A stretch of 60,844 nt of DNA, the filler included. It is 8 parts of 8 records of this genome, joined end to end, with 100 filler letters (N's around TTAATTAATTAA, not from the genome) between each part and the next. Parts side by side here need not be neighbours in the genome. Positions count along the whole stretch, not along the records: positions 27,807 to 33,887 come from SRR31156797_15457; positions 33,988 to 40,182 come from SRR31156797_15464; 6 more parts are not named here. The stretch is one strand, 5' to 3'. Shown here piece after piece: positions 28,464 through 39,455 of the stretch (the first letter of the stretch is position 1; each line of letters starts with the position of its first letter). The position numbers were made by a program, and so were the translations under genes. Below the pieces are notes generated by a model. The model saw only the letters and a list, made by a program, of their open reading frames with translations. It was not told the origin of the DNA and searched no databases.

Positions 28464-30035
28464 TCACAAGGCCGGGTATCCGGTGATGGCGCGGATTTCA
28501 TTGTAGATGGGTTTTAAGCGCCCATACATTTTTAAATAGACCCGTTCAAAAAGCTCTCCGTACAGGTCTCTGTTTTTTGGAATCGGTTCAAAAACATCCG
28601 TGATTCTGACCATTTCTCTGGCGGCGGAAGGGAAATCCGCATGAAGTTTCAAACCTACGGCGGCATCAATGGCCGCTCCCAGTGCGGATGTTTCATAGGT
28701 ATGGGGCCGCTCGGACGGCAGGTTGAATATGTCCGCGGTGATCTGCATGGCCGCGTCACTCTGTGAACCGCCGCCGGATACCCTGAGACACTTTATTTCC
28801 ACCTTGTTCTTTTTTTGAAGGGCCAACATGCCGTCCTTAAGGGCATATCCCAGCCCTTCAAGGATGGAACGGTAGATATGGGCGCGGGTATGCACATCTC
28901 CGAATCCGATAATGGCCCCCTTGGCATCCGCATCCGTGTTCATGCCGGGGGACCAGTAGGGCTGAAGCATCAATCCCATGGAACCGGGGGGGATATTCTC
29001 GATCAGTTCATCGAACAGAATTTCAGGGGCCATATTCCGTTTTAAAGCCATCTGCATTTCCCGCAATCCGAACTGCTCCTTGAACCAGCTTACCAGCCAG
29101 AACCCCCTGTAGACCATGACCTCCGTGTTATAGGCATCCGGGACCGCACTGGGGTAAGCGGGGGCGAAAGGCCGGATCTGGACGTATTTTTCATTGGCCG
29201 TATTCACCGTGGCCGTGGTGCCGTAACTGAGACACGCCGTATCAGGGGAGAGGCATGCGGCCCCCAGTACTTCGCAGGCTTTGTCCGTTCCGGCGGCAAT
29301 CACGGGAAGACCTTCCGGAATGCCCGTTTTCCGGGATGCTTCGGGGGTCACATACCCCAAAACAGCCCCCGGTTTAACCAGCCGGGGCAGGATGGACGGG
29401 TCCATCTCAAAGAATTTCCATCTCATGTCACGGGGCCTGGACCAGGTTTGATGCTTGAAATCAAAGGGGAGGTACCCCACCATGTTGCCGGCGGAATCCC
29501 GGTATTCACCGGTGAGCCGATGGGTGAGAAATCCGGAGAGAAACAGAAATTTATCGGTTTTTTCCCATATTTCCGGTTCATGGTCCCGTATCCAGTTGCT
29601 TTTACATTCCCGCACCGCCTTTTCCACCAGGATATTCTGTCCGATGGTTTTAAGACCCCACCGAATCAGAGGGGAGATCCTGTGTGTATCATCCGCTTTC
29701 CGTTGATCGAGCCACAGGATGGCGGGTCTTAAGGGGACGCCGTTTTTATCCAGGTTGATCATGGTGGTCCGCTGGCAGGTGAGACCGACCCCCGCTATCC
29801 GTTCCACCCGGACCTCCTTTGAGTCCAAAAGCTTTCGCGCCGTAGCCGTCAGTTTATTCCAGTAGTAATCCGGTTCCTGTTCCGCCCACCCGGGCTGGCG
29901 GGAAAAATAGGGAACAATGGGGGTTTTGAGCAATTTGCAAATATTACCCCTGGGATCGATCACGGCGGCACGGACGGACTGGGTTCCCACATCAAATACC
30001 AGGAGCCGATCCCGGTTTTCGGAAGATCCGGTCAT
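28464..30035 (-). CDS. FGGY-family carbohydrate kinase
   Basis: FDVGTQSVRA, WLDQR, GTDKACE, SYGTT, VSGGGSQSD, SALGAA. Confidence 0.92.
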   Translation of the reverse strand: MTGSSENRDRLLVFDVGTQSVRAAVIDPRGNICKLLKTPIVPYFSRQPGWAEQEPDYYWNKLTATARKLLDSKEVRVERIAGVGLTCQRTTMINLDKNGVPLRPAILWLDQRKADDTHRISPLIRWGLKTIGQNILVEKAVRECKSNWIRDHEPEIWEKTDKFLFLSGFLTHRLTGEYRDSAGNMVGYLPFDFKHQTWSRPRDMRWKFFEMDPSILPRLVKPGAVLGYVTPEASRKTGIPEGLPVIAAGTDKACEVLGAACLSPDTACLSYGTTATVNTANEKYVQIRPFAPAYPSAVPDAYNTEVMVYRGFWLVSWFKEQFGLREMQMALKRNMAPEILFDELIENIPPGSMGLMLQPYWSPGMNTDADAKGAIIGFGDVHTRAHIYRSILEGLGYALKDGMLALQKKNKVEIKCLRVSGGGSQSDAAMQITADIFNLPSERPHTYETSALGAAIDAAVGLKLHADFPSAAREMVRITDVFEPIPKNRDLYGELFERVYLKMYGRLKPIYNEIRAITGYPAL

Positions 30036-31747
30036 GTTTGCCTCATGGGTTGTGAATTCAGGTCCAATCCCAGTTGACCGCCGGGGTTCATGATGTGGTT
30101 GGGGTCAAAGTGATTTTTCAAAGCCCTCAACACATCCATCTGTTCTTTCCCCAGATGTCTCTCCATCCAGGGCGCCATCATGCGGCCCACACCGTGGTGG
30201 TGGCTCAGGGAACCCCCGTGATTTTGAATCTGCTCGATGATGCTTGCGTGAAATTTGCGAAATTTATCCACATTTTCAAACCGGCCCATAAAGATAAAAT
30301 AGAGGTTGGTGCCGGTGGGGTAAAAATGGGATGCATGGGTCATGCAGATGGTCCGGGGCCGTCCTTTGATGTGGCGCCTGACGCCCTGGTGCAGGTGGTG
30401 CAGCCGATCCCAGGTCACCGAGGTCTCAAGGGTGTCGATGGTAATGCCGTAATCATTTAAATCTTCCCGCATGTAAGGTTCCGTATACCGGGTTTTTTCC
30501 CATCTTTTAGCGCCGTACCCTCCCAGATAGATGGCCCCGAAGGTTTTGGAGAGGTGTCGGATTTTTCGTTTCACCAGCCGGGTATAATCCTTGTCGCCTT
30601 CAACGGTGCCCAGGCAGAGACACCGCTGCATGGGGTTGAACCCCCTTTTTTTGAGAAGCAGGTTCACCGGTGACGGCATGCCGTAAAGCTTGAGCCCCCG
30701 GTCCGTCTCTTCCGGGTCTGAAATTCGATATACGGCGGGGCGGCCGAATTCCCCCTGGGCCATTTCTCGGGCCGAATCCACCGCTGCGTTCCAGGTGGGG
30801 AACATAAAGCTGAAATATCGCCTGTTTTCGGGTTTATACCTGAAAATCTTCATGCTGAGTTCCACCAGAACGCCGAATGTCCCTTCCGAACCTTTCATGA
30901 TATGGTTCAGGGTGGGTCCGGTGGCGGCGGCGGGATAATCGAGTGTCCGGAAGCTCCCCGATGGGGTGACATACTCCTGGCTGATGACCATATCCGCCGC
31001 ATCTCCGTAATAGGTGGATGCCTGTCCGGACCCAAGGGCCGCAACCCAGCCGCCCACCGTGGAGTGCTCGAAAGACTGGGGGAAATGGCCGCAGGTGTAA
31101 CGTTTTTTGGCTGAAAAACGTTCCGGAGCCCGGTTCAGAGCCGTTTCATAGGCCGGTCCCATCATCCCCGGCTGAACCCTTGCCGTCTGGTTGGTCTCGT
31201 TTAATTCCAGCAACCGGTTCATGTGGGTTGCGAGCGCCAGTGTGATCCCCCCTTCCGTGGGCCGGAGGCCCAAGGTGACCGATGACCCCCCTGAAAACAG
31301 ATGGATGGGGATATGCGCGCCGTTACAGTACCGAACGATGCCGCGAACATCCCGCTTGTGGCGGGGATGGACCACCATATCGGAGATTTCACGGACATGG
31401 CCTTGCGACAGTTCCATCATTTCTTCCGTGGTTTTTCCGTAGGCGTACTTTACCCTTTGGTACAGATCCGTTGTAATGTTCTCCGGGCCAACAATTTCCG
31501 TCAATTTTTCAATCTGTTCCGGAAATAATGTTATGTTTCGGATTAAGTCCACCCGGTTACGGCCCTCATGGGATTTGTTTCTGAAATCCTGATCCCTCAT
31601 GCCCAGTTCATCTCTCAGCATGGTGACCCACTGGCGGTTCGGATGCTTGAATTTTCCGGGATCGCCATACTTGAAGATGGATCGGTAACTTTTTTTCGGG
31701 GGCGGTGTTTCAGACCATTGGGGGCGGAGCCCTTTCCCTTTGAACAT
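30032..31747 (-). CDS. FAD-linked oxidoreductase, alkyl-dihydroxyacetonephosphate synthase-like
   Basis: GGSSV, GHFPQSFEHSTVGGW, GSEGTFG, NLYF, GGSLSHHHGVG, DPNHIMNPG. Confidence 0.85.
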   Translation of the reverse strand: MFKGKGLRPQWSETPPPKKSYRSIFKYGDPGKFKHPNRQWVTMLRDELGMRDQDFRNKSHEGRNRVDLIRNITLFPEQIEKLTEIVGPENITTDLYQRVKYAYGKTTEEMMELSQGHVREISDMVVHPRHKRDVRGIVRYCNGAHIPIHLFSGGSSVTLGLRPTEGGITLALATHMNRLLELNETNQTARVQPGMMGPAYETALNRAPERFSAKKRYTCGHFPQSFEHSTVGGWVAALGSGQASTYYGDAADMVISQEYVTPSGSFRTLDYPAAATGPTLNHIMKGSEGTFGVLVELSMKIFRYKPENRRYFSFMFPTWNAAVDSAREMAQGEFGRPAVYRISDPEETDRGLKLYGMPSPVNLLLKKRGFNPMQRCLCLGTVEGDKDYTRLVKRKIRHLSKTFGAIYLGGYGAKRWEKTRYTEPYMREDLNDYGITIDTLETSVTWDRLHHLHQGVRRHIKGRPRTICMTHASHFYPTGTNLYFIFMGRFENVDKFRKFHASIIEQIQNHGGSLSHHHGVGRMMAPWMERHLGKEQMDVLRALKNHFDPNHIMNPGGQLGLDLNSQPMRQT

Positions 31748-31792
31748 CTTTAAACTCCTTAGGGTTTGCTCAAAAAAAGTGTGCAGAATCGA

Positions 31793-33430
31793 TTATTCAA
31801 ATGGAACTCTCAAAAATTCCAAAGTGCTTTCCACCTCTTGGATAATCCTTTCCTGATCCCAGTTTAACTCCCGGGCCATGACCCCGGCCACCCGAAGCAA
31901 TATCTTTCTGCCGGGATTGCCCAGGGTTGCGATGCCGGTACGGCGCAATACAATATCCTTTAGGGTGCGTGCCATCTCATAACGCACTCCATACACCGCC
32001 TGGGCCAGGAGTTCACCATCACCATTGAGCCGTCGGGCTAAAAAAAAATTCTTTCTGGCCAGGACCAATATTTTTTCATGGTCGGTGCCGTAAAGCCGTC
32101 CCAGGCAATCCATGGTGTTTCCGTGAAAATCTCGATTTTTGTCTTTGATGCGGGTCAGAAAGATGTTCATATCCCGAATTTCAGAGCCTTTGAGGTATTG
32201 CCTTGCGGATACGGAGGGGCCTAAGGAAATCCCGAGTTTTTCCCTTAAATGGTCAACCGCTTTTTCGGCAAGGCCTCGACTGGTGGTCCATTTCCCCCCT
32301 TCCACCGTCAAAAGACCCGCAATCCCGTCCTCGTCATGGATTTCATATCTTCTTGAGGAACCATAAGTCCCTTTTGCCCGGCTTTCCACCAAGGGCCGAA
32401 GACCGCCATAGCTGTAGAGTACATGGTCACACGTTAAGTTCAGGCCTTCAAAGGACCCATTCACTTCATGAATCAGTTCCTGAATGCTCTCGCGGGTCAC
32501 CCGGTAGTCATCCGGATGGCCCAGGTAGGGTTTGTCCGTGGTGCCGATGAGGGTATGTCCGCGCCAGGGGATCAAAAAACAGTGTCTGCCGCCGGGGGTT
32601 ACGGCACCCACCATGGAGCCGTCTTTCGTGATCCGTTTGGTAATGATATGGATGCCTTCAGAGCGCGTGAGACGTCCCACCTTTTCATTTTTCAGCAGCT
32701 GCAATGGCATGTCGGCCCAGGGACCGGCACAGTTGATGGTGATCCGGGCCCCCACTTCAAATTCCTTTTCCTTTAAGAGATCCCGAACCCGAACACCGCA
32801 AACCCTTTGTTTGTTCTCATCCATGAGAAATGCTTCAACACGGGCGTAGTTGGCGGCCTTGGCGCCGTAATGGAGGGCGGATTTGATAAATGACAGCGCC
32901 AGTCGTTCCGGACAGATGCTGATACAGTCATAAAAAATAGATGCTCCGGTCAGCCCCTTTTTCCGGATGATCGGCTGAAGGCGAAGGGCTTCTTCAGCGG
33001 ATACGGCTTTGTAACAGGGAATTCTTTTGGATTTGTCCCAGGTATTGCATCTCCCAACGGCCAGAAGATCATAGATTGTCAAGCCGATTTTGGTGAGCCA
33101 TTTGTTGCTTTTTACGGATGATCGATAATGGGGGAAGAGGGTCGGGATCGGGTACACGAAATTGGGGGCGATATTGCTCATGGTTTTCCGTTCCCGCAGG
33201 GATTCCCGAACGAGACCGTATTCCATGTTGGACAGATACCGCAGCCCCCCATGAATCAGTTTTGAGGAGGCGGCGGAAGTGGCTTCCGAGAAATCCCCCT
33301 TTTCAAACAACGCAACGGACAACCCCCTTGAGGCCGCCTCATAGGCGATGGCGGCCCCTGTGATGCCGCCGCCCATGACGATAACATCAAAAGTTTCATT
33401 ATTGATAGATTCCGTATACCGTTCCATCAT
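31793..33430 (-). CDS. glpD: FAD-dependent glycerol-3-phosphate dehydrogenase/oxidase family protein
   Basis: GGGITG, SSKLIHGGLRYL, GTTD, GLRPL, GGKWTT, RRT. Confidence 0.88.
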   Translation of the reverse strand: MMERYTESINNETFDVIVMGGGITGAAIAYEAASRGLSVALFEKGDFSEATSAASSKLIHGGLRYLSNMEYGLVRESLRERKTMSNIAPNFVYPIPTLFPHYRSSVKSNKWLTKIGLTIYDLLAVGRCNTWDKSKRIPCYKAVSAEEALRLQPIIRKKGLTGASIFYDCISICPERLALSFIKSALHYGAKAANYARVEAFLMDENKQRVCGVRVRDLLKEKEFEVGARITINCAGPWADMPLQLLKNEKVGRLTRSEGIHIITKRITKDGSMVGAVTPGGRHCFLIPWRGHTLIGTTDKPYLGHPDDYRVTRESIQELIHEVNGSFEGLNLTCDHVLYSYGGLRPLVESRAKGTYGSSRRYEIHDEDGIAGLLTVEGGKWTTSRGLAEKAVDHLREKLGISLGPSVSARQYLKGSEIRDMNIFLTRIKDKNRDFHGNTMDCLGRLYGTDHEKILVLARKNFFLARRLNGDGELLAQAVYGVRYEMARTLKDIVLRRTGIATLGNPGRKILLRVAGVMARELNWDQERIIQEVESTLEFLRVPFE

Positions 33431-33584
33431 ATTTACATGATTAGCCCATATTGATCCGCGCCACAAGGCAAAATTTACGTTTATAAGGAGTGACGGTCCC
33501 GCAGATTAAGTACATCCCCCACCGAATATTCATTGACACAACCGGCCTCTTGATAAAGAATCCGGTTCCGTGATAAGGCTCTCA

Positions 33585-33731
33585 AGTTATCAGTTGTCAG
33601 CTGTCAGTTTAGAGCACTGGAGGTTATGCTGTTACTGACAACTGAATACCATATAACGATTTTCTTGTTTTCCGTGAAAGAAAACCAGATGATAAGGCCT
33701 AAATTGCTAAAAATACTGACAACTGAAAACT
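33585..33731. repeat. Heptamer-based inverted-repeat element in the trkH leader
   Basis: AGTTATCAGTTGTCAG (33585-33600) is complementary to CTGACAACTGA (33635-33645) and to CTGACAACTGAAAACT (33716-33731). Confidence 0.65.
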
Positions 33732-33737
33732 TATATT

Positions 33738-33887
33738 ATGCATTATTCATCCATCGCACGTGTTCTGGGGACGCTTCTGCTGGTAACCGGCGGTTCCATG
33801 CTGCTCCCATTGATATGCTCCCTCTACTATAATGAGGGAGACTTCAATGCCATTCTGATTTCCGGTATTATTACCTCCGCACTGGGC
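33738..33887 (+). CDS. trkH: TrkH-family potassium uptake permease, N-terminus (3' truncated)
   Basis: MHYSSIARVLGTLLLVTGGSMLLPLICSLYYNEGD resembles the TrkH first TM segment. Confidence 0.65.
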
Positions 33888-34117
33888 NNNNNNNNNNNNN
33901 NNNNNNNNNNNNNNNNNNNNNNNNNNNNNNNTTAATTAATTAANNNNNNNNNNNNNNNNNNNNNNNNNNNNNNNNNNNNNNNNNNNNTTTTTTCCTTACG
34001 AAATATTAGGGGAAGATTCTGGTGTTGTGACGGGCTTCCGGTATCAACCCGGTCTACCCCACCTGTGAAAACAGGATAAAAACTTGCTTTTGTAAGTACG
34101 GTCAAAGCGGGCATTTT

Positions 34118-34840
34118 CTAATTTAATCCTGTTAGTTTTTTTAATCCCTTTATTTCAAATTCATTTAGCGGTCTGATCTCGCCTTCTGCCATTTTTCCAC
34201 AAAGAATTCCGGCAAAGGACGTACGGTGCAATTCCCACACTCTGCACCCTACCGCTCTGACGAGCTGTTTAACTTCTCTTTTTCTTCCTTCTGTCAAAGT
34301 CATTTCAACTGTTGCCTTATTTCCAAAGCTGTTAAGGATCGTAACCTTGTCAGCTTTCATTAAAACACCGTCTATTTCAATTCCTTTTTCAATGTCCTCA
34401 GCTTCTTTTTCGTCAAAATGGCCAGTAATTACAGCTCTATACCGCTTTTTCACTCCAAATGAAGGGTGGGTAAGCCTGTAAAGCAGTTCGCCATCGGTCA
34501 TTAGAAGCAATACTCCTGTTGTATCAAGATCCAGCCTTCCCACAGGAACCGCTGTTGAACCATCAGGCAGAAAGTCCGCAACCGTTTCACGTCCTCTATC
34601 ATCACTTGCCGAAGAAAGGACATTTTCGGGTTTGTTGAGGATAAAGTATTCATGTTCCTGAGGAACTTTAAGCACTTTTCCATCACAAACGACCTTGTCA
34701 TTTTCTGGATCTACAGCGTCACTAAGAACAGCGACCTTGCCATTGATCTTAACTTTACCGGCTACAATTATTTCTTCGGATTTTCTTCTTGAGGCAACTT
34801 TACAAAGTGCGAGAAACCTGTTTATTCTGTATTTAGTCAT
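34118..34840 (-). CDS. rRNA pseudouridine synthase, RsuA/RluB family
   Basis: S4 domain [38 protein letters not shown]. Confidence 0.93.
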   Translation of the reverse strand: MTKYRINRFLALCKVASRRKSEEIIVAGKVKINGKVAVLSDAVDPENDKVVCDGKVLKVPQEHEYFILNKPENVLSSASDDRGRETVADFLPDGSTAVPVGRLDLDTTGVLLLMTDGELLYRLTHPSFGVKKRYRAVITGHFDEKEAEDIEKGIEIDGVLMKADKVTILNSFGNKATVEMTLTEGRKREVKQLVRAVGCRVWELHRTSFAGILCGKMAEGEIRPLNEFEIKGLKKLTGLN

Positions 34841-37538
34841 AGACACCTTTATTCATGCAGCATTTTTTGAATTTCTTTCCGCTTCCACAAGGACAGTCAT
34901 CATTTCTTCCAACCTTAGGAGTCTGTCTTTTAACAGGCTCTCTGTTCATATTTGTGGTGCTTCTCTGTATTTGAGCTTCTTTTTTCTGCTCTTTTTCCTC
35001 AAACTTCTCAATAGCTTCTTCCGTAACGACCTGAACAGCAAAAAGTCTTTTTACAGATTCATTGTAAATACTGCTCATCATTTCCGTGAACATCCTGAAG
35101 CCTTCACGTTTATATTCAAGTTTAGGGTTTTTCTGCCCGTATCCTCGAAGACCGATACCTTCTCTAAGGTGATCCATGTTTAGAAGGTGTCTTCTCCAGT
35201 AAAGGTCAAGAACTTCAAGAACGATATGTCTTTCCATCTCGCTGCTTAGCTCTTCTGTATAAGAGGCCATCTTTGCATCATAGACTTCAAGAACATGGTC
35301 ATATACTTTCTGAGCAATTTCTGTCATTGCCTTTTCTGATTTCATTGAGGAATATATCTCTGGATTTAAGATCTCTTGAAGCTTTTCATCATCTTCAAGT
35401 GTGGTCAAAGACAAAAAAGACCCCTTAATGCCTTCAAAATCCCATGAGGAAGGAACAGACCTTTCAGGGATAGACATCATTATGATCTCATTTACGATCT
35501 CTTCTATCATCAGATATATCACGGCCTTGTTTTTCTGACCACCAGTAAGAATGTCACGCCTCATAGCATAGATGGTTTTTCTCTGCTGGTTCATAACGTC
35601 ATCGTATTCAAGAACGTTCTTTCTTATGCCGAAATTGTGTCCTTCGACTTTTTTCTGAGCATTTTCAATTGATTTTGATATCCACTTATGTTCAATGGGT
35701 TGATCTTCCTCAATTCCCAGTCTTTCCATAACACTTGAAAGTCTTTCACTTCCAAATATCCTCATAAGGTCATCATCAAGTCCAAGATAGAAACGGGACG
35801 AACCCGGATCGCCCTGTCTTCCTGAACGACCTCTAAGCTGATTGTCAATTCTTCGCGATTCGTGTCTTTCTGTTCCCACGATATGCAAGCCGCCAGCTTC
35901 AAGAACCTCTTTCTTTTCTTTTTCACAGGTCTTTTCAAAGTCGTTTAAGATCTCCTTAAACTGAGGACTATCCATATCCAACTCGTCCATAACTCTTTCA
36001 GCTTCAGCTACTGCAAGCTTTTCAGGGTTACCACCTAGAACAATATCCGTTCCTCTACCAGCCATATTTGTAGCGATCGTAATCGACCCTTTTCTTCCAG
36101 CCTGAGCAACAACTTCAGCTTCTTTCATGTGAAACTTTGCGTTAAGCACGTTATGCTTTATTCCCTGTCTTGTAAGAAGGTGGCTAAGTCTTTCTGATTT
36201 TTCAACAGATACCGTACCGACAAGAACAGGTTGTCCTGAATTTGTCTTGTTGATAACATCTTTAATGACAGCCTTTTCTTTTGCACTCTGACTTTTATAT
36301 ATCTGATCCGGAGCGTCATCTCTAATAACCGGCTTGTTTGTCGGAATAACTGTAACACCAAGGTTGTATATTTCTGCAAACTCCCTTGCTTCAGTATCAG
36401 CTGTACCTGTCATTCCTGACAACTTGTCGTACATTCTGAAAAAGTTCTGATATGTGATAGTCGCCAAGGTCTGGTTCTCTCTTTCAACCTTAACACCTTC
36501 TTTGGCTTCAAGTGCCTGGTGAAGACCATCGCTGTACCTTCTGCCTTCCATAAGTCTGCCGGTGAACTCATCAACGATCATTACCTTTTGCATCCCATCA
36601 ATGTTCTTAACAACATAATCAACATCAAGATGAAACATGAAAATGGCTTTAAGGGCCTGTTGAACATGGTGAACAAGCTCAAGATTTTCAGGTGCATAGA
36701 GATTTTGAATGCCTAACATTGTTTCTACTTTCGCTATACCTTCCGGAGTAAGTACCGCATTCTTTGATTTCTCGTCTTTTGTAAAGTGAGCTTCGTCTTT
36801 TAAAGTTCTTACAACGGAGTTAACCCTCACATAAAGATCGGTGCTGTCATCGCTTGGGCCGGAAATAATGAGTGGAGTTCTCGCCTCATCAATAAGAATT
36901 GAATCTACCTCATCGACAATCGCATATCTGAGATCTCTCTGAACATAATGAGAGATGTCATACTTCATGTTGTCTCTAAGATAATCAAACCCGAACTCAC
37001 TGTTAGTTCCATAAGTGATATCGCATTTATATGCATTGATCCTGTCTTTTTTGCTCATTCCATTGACGATAGTGCCGACTGAAAGACCAAGGAAGCGATA
37101 GATCTGTCCCATCCATTCAGCATCTCTGGAGGCAAGATAATCATTCACAGTAACAAGGTGAGCGCTTCTTCCTTCAAGAGCATTTAGATACATGGGAAGG
37201 GTTGCCACAAGAGTTTTACCCTCACCGGTCTTCATTTCAGCGATCTTGCCCTGGTGCAGAACTATTCCACCGATGATCTGAACATCGTAAGGACGCATAT
37301 TAAGTGTTCTGATCCCGGCCTCTCTTACAACAGCAAAGGCTTCAGGAAGAAAACTATCCAGAGGCGCACCATTTGCTAACTTCTGTTTGAATTCCGCAGT
37401 TTTTGCAACAAGACCTTCATCTGAAAGTCCTTTTATCGCATTTTCAAAACTGTTGGTTCTTTCAAGCAGAGGCGATATCGTTTTTATGTATCTTTCGTTC
37501 TCTGTGCCGAAAACTTTTCTGACAAAATATTTAAACAT
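34833..37538 (-). CDS. secA: Preprotein translocase ATPase SecA
   Basis: [49 protein letters not shown] tail [13 protein letters not shown]. Confidence 0.99.
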   Translation of the reverse strand: MFKYFVRKVFGTENERYIKTISPLLERTNSFENAIKGLSDEGLVAKTAEFKQKLANGAPLDSFLPEAFAVVREAGIRTLNMRPYDVQIIGGIVLHQGKIAEMKTGEGKTLVATLPMYLNALEGRSAHLVTVNDYLASRDAEWMGQIYRFLGLSVGTIVNGMSKKDRINAYKCDITYGTNSEFGFDYLRDNMKYDISHYVQRDLRYAIVDEVDSILIDEARTPLIISGPSDDSTDLYVRVNSVVRTLKDEAHFTKDEKSKNAVLTPEGIAKVETMLGIQNLYAPENLELVHHVQQALKAIFMFHLDVDYVVKNIDGMQKVMIVDEFTGRLMEGRRYSDGLHQALEAKEGVKVERENQTLATITYQNFFRMYDKLSGMTGTADTEAREFAEIYNLGVTVIPTNKPVIRDDAPDQIYKSQSAKEKAVIKDVINKTNSGQPVLVGTVSVEKSERLSHLLTRQGIKHNVLNAKFHMKEAEVVAQAGRKGSITIATNMAGRGTDIVLGGNPEKLAVAEAERVMDELDMDSPQFKEILNDFEKTCEKEKKEVLEAGGLHIVGTERHESRRIDNQLRGRSGRQGDPGSSRFYLGLDDDLMRIFGSERLSSVMERLGIEEDQPIEHKWISKSIENAQKKVEGHNFGIRKNVLEYDDVMNQQRKTIYAMRRDILTGGQKNKAVIYLMIEEIVNEIIMMSIPERSVPSSWDFEGIKGSFLSLTTLEDDEKLQEILNPEIYSSMKSEKAMTEIAQKVYDHVLEVYDAKMASYTEELSSEMERHIVLEVLDLYWRRHLLNMDHLREGIGLRGYGQKNPKLEYKREGFRMFTEMMSSIYNESVKRLFAVQVVTEEAIEKFEEKEQKKEAQIQRSTTNMNREPVKRQTPKVGRNDDCPCGSGKKFKKCCMNKGVYD

Positions 37539-37576
37539 TCGGTTGCTCCAAAATGATCAAAAGAAAAAGTGGTGAA

Positions 37577-37876
37577 TTAAAGGTCAAAAAGATTTCCCAG
37601 CTGAGATTTAGCATCGATCTCTTCGCTTCCGTCTTCGCCTTCATCTTTGACAAACTCAAAAGACGAACAAAAGTTGGATTTATCTCTTTCACGGATAAAA
37701 GCTCTTGCATTTTCACGACACTCATTGGTGTAGTTTGGATCATGAAACCTGCAGTTCATGCAACAGTGAAGGTCCGCATAACAGTGAGGACAGACATCCT
37801 GTCTTCCAGCTTTTCCCCTAATATCTTCAAGTTCTTCAAGCTCTTTTTTACAGTTGTGACAAACATAAACAGCCAT
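37577..37876 (-). CDS. Small Cys-rich (putative Zn-binding) hypothetical protein
   Basis: CHNC, CPHC, CCMNC, EC, FC (9 Cys); GGAGG RBS; upstream of secA. Confidence 0.75.
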   Translation of the reverse strand: MAVYVCHNCKKELEELEDIRGKAGRQDVCPHCYADLHCCMNCRFHDPNYTNECRENARAFIRERDKSNFCSSFEFVKDEGEDGSEEIDAKSQLGNLFDL

Positions 37877-38015
37877 AATTTCCTCCATGACAAGTCAAAT
37901 TCGAAATATAATATAGTTATTATAAGGGAAAAATCAAGGTGCGGAACAACGATATAGCCCATTTGACAGATTACTTCCCCGCAGATAAACTTCTGTGAAC
38001 TTTTTAGAGGTTGAC

Positions 38016-39455
38016 ATGAGAATTTTTTGTTTCTTTTTTCTTTGTGCTTTTATTTTTATATCCTGCGATAACTCAATTGAAAAAATTGACCTGGATAATC
38101 CAAACCATCCGGATGTTACAAATGATGATGCTTATACAGATGACGATATCGATGAAACGGTTTCTGATTCAGATATCGAGGAGCTGGAATTATTAAAGAT
38201 CGTTTTAAGAAGAGAAACCCCTGAGTTCAAACAAGGAGAGGGCCTTGTCATTCAAAACGCATCTTTTGATCTTATAACAAGAGAAGTTACCAGAGACTTT
38301 AACCATGTTGACACCTCATTTAAAATGCACGTGGATGACACAAAATCCCTTTACAATTCAATTAGTTCTGATTTTTCTAATGACCAATGTATCGAGTGCT
38401 TGAAGTCTGGAGAACAGACAAAGCTGGTCCTTTCCGATGGGGAGTGCTGTATCGAAGATGAAAACATTATTGAAAGCATCGACCACTACCTTGCAATACC
38501 AATTCATTCAATGCTTTGGCCTTTTGAACCCCAGGACGAACCTCATCCTGTTGGGCATACATCTTTGAACTTTCAAAACTATTCCAGTGATTATAGCGGT
38601 GCATATTTTCATCATGGAACAGACATTGTTCTTCCAAGTCCAGCAAAAATGTTTAATATTTATGACGGAAGAGTTACAGAAGTCGGATACTACCGAGTTG
38701 AAGAGATTGGCGAAGAAAGTCCCTATTATTTTCAAGTGGTTGTACAGACTGTAAACGGACTGACAATCCAGTATCACCACACTGATGACGAATCTGTCAC
38801 AGAAAAAGTATATGAGCTTGAAGGCAGCAACGAGATCCTTGAAGCCGGTGAACAAGTTGGAAAAATCGTATTCTGGCCTTCACCTGACTCTTTCAGTGAG
38901 AATTTTTTCCATCATGTTCACCTCAATATTATCACAGAAAGAGAAATAAAGCTAAACGCGCTTGAGCTCATGTTTCCACAAATTGACTCAACAGATCCTG
39001 TAATTGAAGAGATAGACCTGATAGATGAGGAAAGAACAAAAACTTTGGATATCGAAGAGGTTTCAGAACCTTTCCATATTGTTGTAAAAGCTCATGATCT
39101 TACTGATTCACACCCATGGCCTAACCCACCGCGAAAAATAGACATTTCCATCAAAAACAGCAAAGGGGAAACTGTTTTTTCTCACCTTGGATATGACTTT
39201 ATTGCAATGATGCATCCGGAAGAAAATACAGATGTCTGCAACTACTATCTTTGCGATATGGATGGGGCAGAATTTACCTTTGGAAACTATCAGGAAAGAG
39301 AGTTCTATATCATTTCAACAGCTTTTAACAGGGTCGGAAAAAAAACAGAAGGCATTGATCCCTCTGAATTTGAACCAGGTGAATACACACTCGTTATAAG
39401 GGCCTGTGATGAATCAGGAAATTGTTCAGAAAAAGAAGAAACTGTTGGGTTTTAG
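38016..39455 (+). CDS. Lipoprotein with M23-like metallopeptidase domain
   Basis: Lipobox FISC; acidic linker; HHGTD and HVH Zn motifs; C-terminal Ig-like YTLVIRACDESGN. Confidence 0.7.
   Translation: MRIFCFFFLCAFIFISCDNSIEKIDLDNPNHPDVTNDDAYTDDDIDETVSDSDIEELELLKIVLRRETPEFKQGEGLVIQNASFDLITREVTRDFNHVDTSFKMHVDDTKSLYNSISSDFSNDQCIECLKSGEQTKLVLSDGECCIEDENIIESIDHYLAIPIHSMLWPFEPQDEPHPVGHTSLNFQNYSSDYSGAYFHHGTDIVLPSPAKMFNIYDGRVTEVGYYRVEEIGEESPYYFQVVVQTVNGLTIQYHHTDDESVTEKVYELEGSNEILEAGEQVGKIVFWPSPDSFSENFFHHVHLNIITEREIKLNALELMFPQIDSTDPVIEEIDLIDEERTKTLDIEEVSEPFHIVVKAHDLTDSHPWPNPPRKIDISIKNSKGETVFSHLGYDFIAMMHPEENTDVCNYYLCDMDGAEFTFGNYQEREFYIISTAFNRVGKKTEGIDPSEFEPGEYTLVIRACDESGNCSEKEETVGF

Noticed and set aside
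33988-34117. Possible riboswitch or leader downstream of the pseudouridine synthase gene
   Set aside because: Only short hairpins; I could not match any riboswitch consensus, and the downstream gene is cut off by the contig end.
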